Origin: Vicugna vicugna | Taxonomy: Eukaryota | Assembly (NCBI GenBank): GCA_013265495.1 | Contig: MU058463.1 | Coordinates: 1,759,523 to 1,823,522 of the forward strand | Direction of reading: 5' to 3' | Length of the DNA stretch: 64,000 nt | Part shown: positions 61,196-64,000 of the stretch, piece by piece | How positions within the stretch are numbered: position 1 is the first letter of the stretch | Layout: each line of letters starts with the position of its first letter | Notes under the pieces: model-generated | Told to the model about the DNA's origin: nothing | Databases searched by the model: none | The model's input: the letters and a program-made list of their open reading frames with translations, nothing else | Position numbers and translations under genes: made by a program

Positions 61196-62834
61196 AAGAA
61201 AGTAGAGTTTCATATGTCTCTAACTCTAATTTCCTATTGAGGAAAGATAAAAGCATTGACTGTCATTATGGTTTTTAATGTCCACAATCATCAATGTTCA
61301 GAAAAAGATAAACTCTCCAGTTTAACATAGCCCTTGTTCAAGATAGCAAATGCGTCTTTGGGAATGTTTGCACGAATAATCTAATCTGAGCCAATATAAT
61401 CTCTTGAGACTTCCAAACCCACCTGTAGATCCTTCCACTATTCTTTTGGGTTATATACATTCAATTATATTTATAAAATATATATTCCAAATATATATTC
61501 AATTATATTTGCAGATTACTTATTATATATATTCACATATACATATATATTCAAACTACAATTGCACAATTACTTTAATAGTAAAAATAGAGGGGAGTAG
61601 AACAATTTAAAAACAAAGGATAAATCATTGATGTGAAGAATTAAAATTCTCAAATGAGATCGAATTTGTGATTCAGTTTTATTTGGAGGGAAAGGGGCTT
61701 ACACGCCAATTTCAAAAGGATATTTTGCAAAGATATGCCTGCAAATGTACACTGATCTCCCAAAGATTTGTACTAGCTCCACGGCCTGTAAGAGTTGCTT
61801 AGAGAGGAGCTCCAGATATACTTTTAGGTGGTTTATAAAGGAAAATGTCTGGAATGTGTAGGACCGGCCTGCCGGCTCCCAGTACATCATATCTAGCAAG
61901 TTCCCAAGTCTTTGGGCAGAACAAGCCAATGTTGCCTTTGATGGAGAGCCTTGGCTGTCCTAGATGATGCATATTGATCTTCCCATCATTATCTCTAGAG
62001 TCCCTTCATATAGTCTCCCTTCTAATCTAAATCCTGAACATAAATTCCCTAGTATCTGGTACTGAATTTCTCTCCCTTCCTTTCCCTGAATGAATCCTGA
62101 GACATGACATGGTATTTGGGCTCCCAGCAGGGTAAGAATCATTTCTAATCCTTCCCCATAGCCAGAAGCTAGTCATGACTGATAGTGAGTAGGTAGTCAG
62201 GCTCACGTAAAAACAGTGTGTTTATCTTTATATATTGATGGTCCATAATGGGCTTTTCAGAATATAAGCTCATATAAATGCTTTCAAATCATTTCTCCTC
62301 TCTCTGTAAATCTAGCATAAAAGCATCTGTTTCTGTGTCTATAATTAATGTTAAAAATGACTAGTGTTGTTTTGTAGAGCCGTTGTTATCATTTCTGAGC
62401 ATCAATTTTCTATGTATGCAAATCACACAAGCTATTTCCCTTCCTCACTGCACAGTAAGAATTGCAACCAAAAATGGATGTAATTTGAACACATCACAAA
62501 ACTCTAATTGGCAGCTTCAAGGTTTATGCGCTCCATAGTTGTACCAACCTTATAATACTCTGTGGTTGGAAAGACTCTCCAAATAGGTGACCAGTTTAGA
62601 AGAAAGATGTGAAACATGTTTGCCTAAGTAAGAATCTTCTGGATTGTTCCCTAAACTGAAATTTTATTTCAACTTTGCTATAGTGTAATGTCATTTAAAT
62701 TCATTTTAAAATACATAACCAAACTTATGGCCACTCACATGAGTGATGGTTCTAGCAAATGAGAAGGTATGAATCTTCCTGGTTATTCAGGTAACTGCTG
62801 ATAGCATACTCTTAGCACATGAAGAAAGAGAAAG

Positions 62835-63040
62835 GAAACATTTTTTTTGTATACCTTCTATTTCCTAGGCACCATGTTAATAGCTTTTATTTTATCTTCT
62901 TTAATCTTCCAATCTCCCTCTTGGGTAGATATTATTATACCTATTTTACAGATGAGTAAACTGAGGCATGATAAGTTTAAATCACCCCAACTATAGTCTT
63001 TACAGATCCAAAGTCCATCCTCTTTCCATTATACTGTATC
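62835..63040 (-). mobile_element. MIR SINE
   Basis: tttaatcttccaatctccct...ggtagatattattatacctattttacagatgagtaaactgaggca. Confidence 0.8.
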
Positions 63041-63849
63041 ACCTGACACAAGAAGAAACTTTTATGAACATACTCATTAATGCTTTTAGATCTTTTAAAA
63101 ACAAGTATTTCTATCTTAACTTATAAACATCCCTACTGCTCCAAGGATTTCAACAGCTTTGTTCAATACTTTGTGGTTCATTGAGGAGAGTTAGGATTCC
63201 CCAGAATCAGCACTTGCAAATTCTGAATTTCCACTCAAGAGCGTAGAGGGAGAAATAGCACAGTTTTCCTTGTCTTTCTTTTTTAAAATGCTCCCTACAT
63301 AAAATGAAACTTCGATTTTGCAGTCTGTTGATCTTTTTACACATGTGCTAATAATAACTTAAAATCTCTAACATTATTCTTAAAATACTATCTTGTTTGA
63401 GTTTTTGAGTGCAACTTTGTGATTAAATTTATTCTCTTAATTATTATGTGTGAAAAGAATAAAGCATCCAGGCTTCCATCAATACGACTCTTTTGCCTTC
63501 TGTTTTTTAACTTTTTCTCTTCTTGGAGTTTGCTTTTCCCAAAGGCACAACATTAAGAGAACGTGCATTTGTCTTGAAAATTGCAACAAAATAGCTTAAA
63601 ATTTTGTAGCATTATTTTCTTATTATGGCTTTCATAAACAGTATTTCTCAACATCTAGACCAAATGAATAATTATTGACTCGCCAAAGATGTGAACAGTC
63701 TAATCTGAACGAGATTTCTTCAGGAGTTGAACCCATTCACAAGACACATAAAAGAGCATCTCTGATGGCTCCAGCTCCAACAACAATTTAAATGTTATGT
63801 AAATAATTTATGTATTGATCACATTTTTAATCAATATCATTCATTTCTA

Positions 63850-64000
63850 ATCTAGTGCTTGCGCTGGTCAGTGTAACAAAGGGTTCTGTAGTCAAACAAG
63901 TTTTAGGGAAGTTCTTAAGACTCCATTGATCTTTTGGAGTTTCATATTGTACATCCATTCATCTATTTAATAGTGACTTTGAGGAGATCTGCTTTAAGAA
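63850..64000. mobile_element. hAT-Charlie fragment (Charlie4z-like), runs to window end
   Basis: aaagggttctgtagtcaaacaagttt...ttggagtttcatattgtacat...tgactttgaggagatctgc. Confidence 0.4.

Noticed and set aside
61450..61560. AT-rich repetitive stretch
   Set aside because: Ordinary (TA)-rich low-complexity sequence.
1..64000. Supplied ORFs (60-135 aa) as genes
   Set aside because: Most overlap repeats or microsatellites, many use non-ATG starts, and none has a recognisable domain apart from L1 ORF2 remnants.

Overview
Mammalian genomic DNA, almost certainly camelid (alpaca/llama/camel). It carries two tRNA-derived vic-1-type SINEs with perfect 15-bp TSDs and artiodactyl-type L1 3' ends; I saw no Alu, B1/B2, BovB/Bov-tA or PRE1. 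I found no supportable protein-coding exon: the supplied ORFs are short and mostly fall in repeats or low-complexity DNA. About 0-41.6 kb is intergenic and rich in old repeats (MIR, L2, L1M, MLT1, MER21, LTR16/33, MER2, Charlie-family MITEs). At about 42.4-43.6 kb there is a CpG-rich promoter with an ETS/AP-1 composite site and a probable first exon (donor 43452/43453). A well-defined 90-nt exon follows at 46310-46399, and the rest of the window looks like intron of this unidentified + strand gene. The sequence alone does not support a new biological system. The best leads are: the multi-promoter 5' end with a junction-spanning uORF; a 53-nt poly(T) mini-intron candidate; two adjacent 5'-inverted (twin-primed) L1s; an exact 24-bp direct repeat 1.85 kb apart; and a possible antisense lncRNA exon chain. 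Repeat family names come from my recall of consensus sequences, and repeat boundaries are approximate unless a TSD is given.
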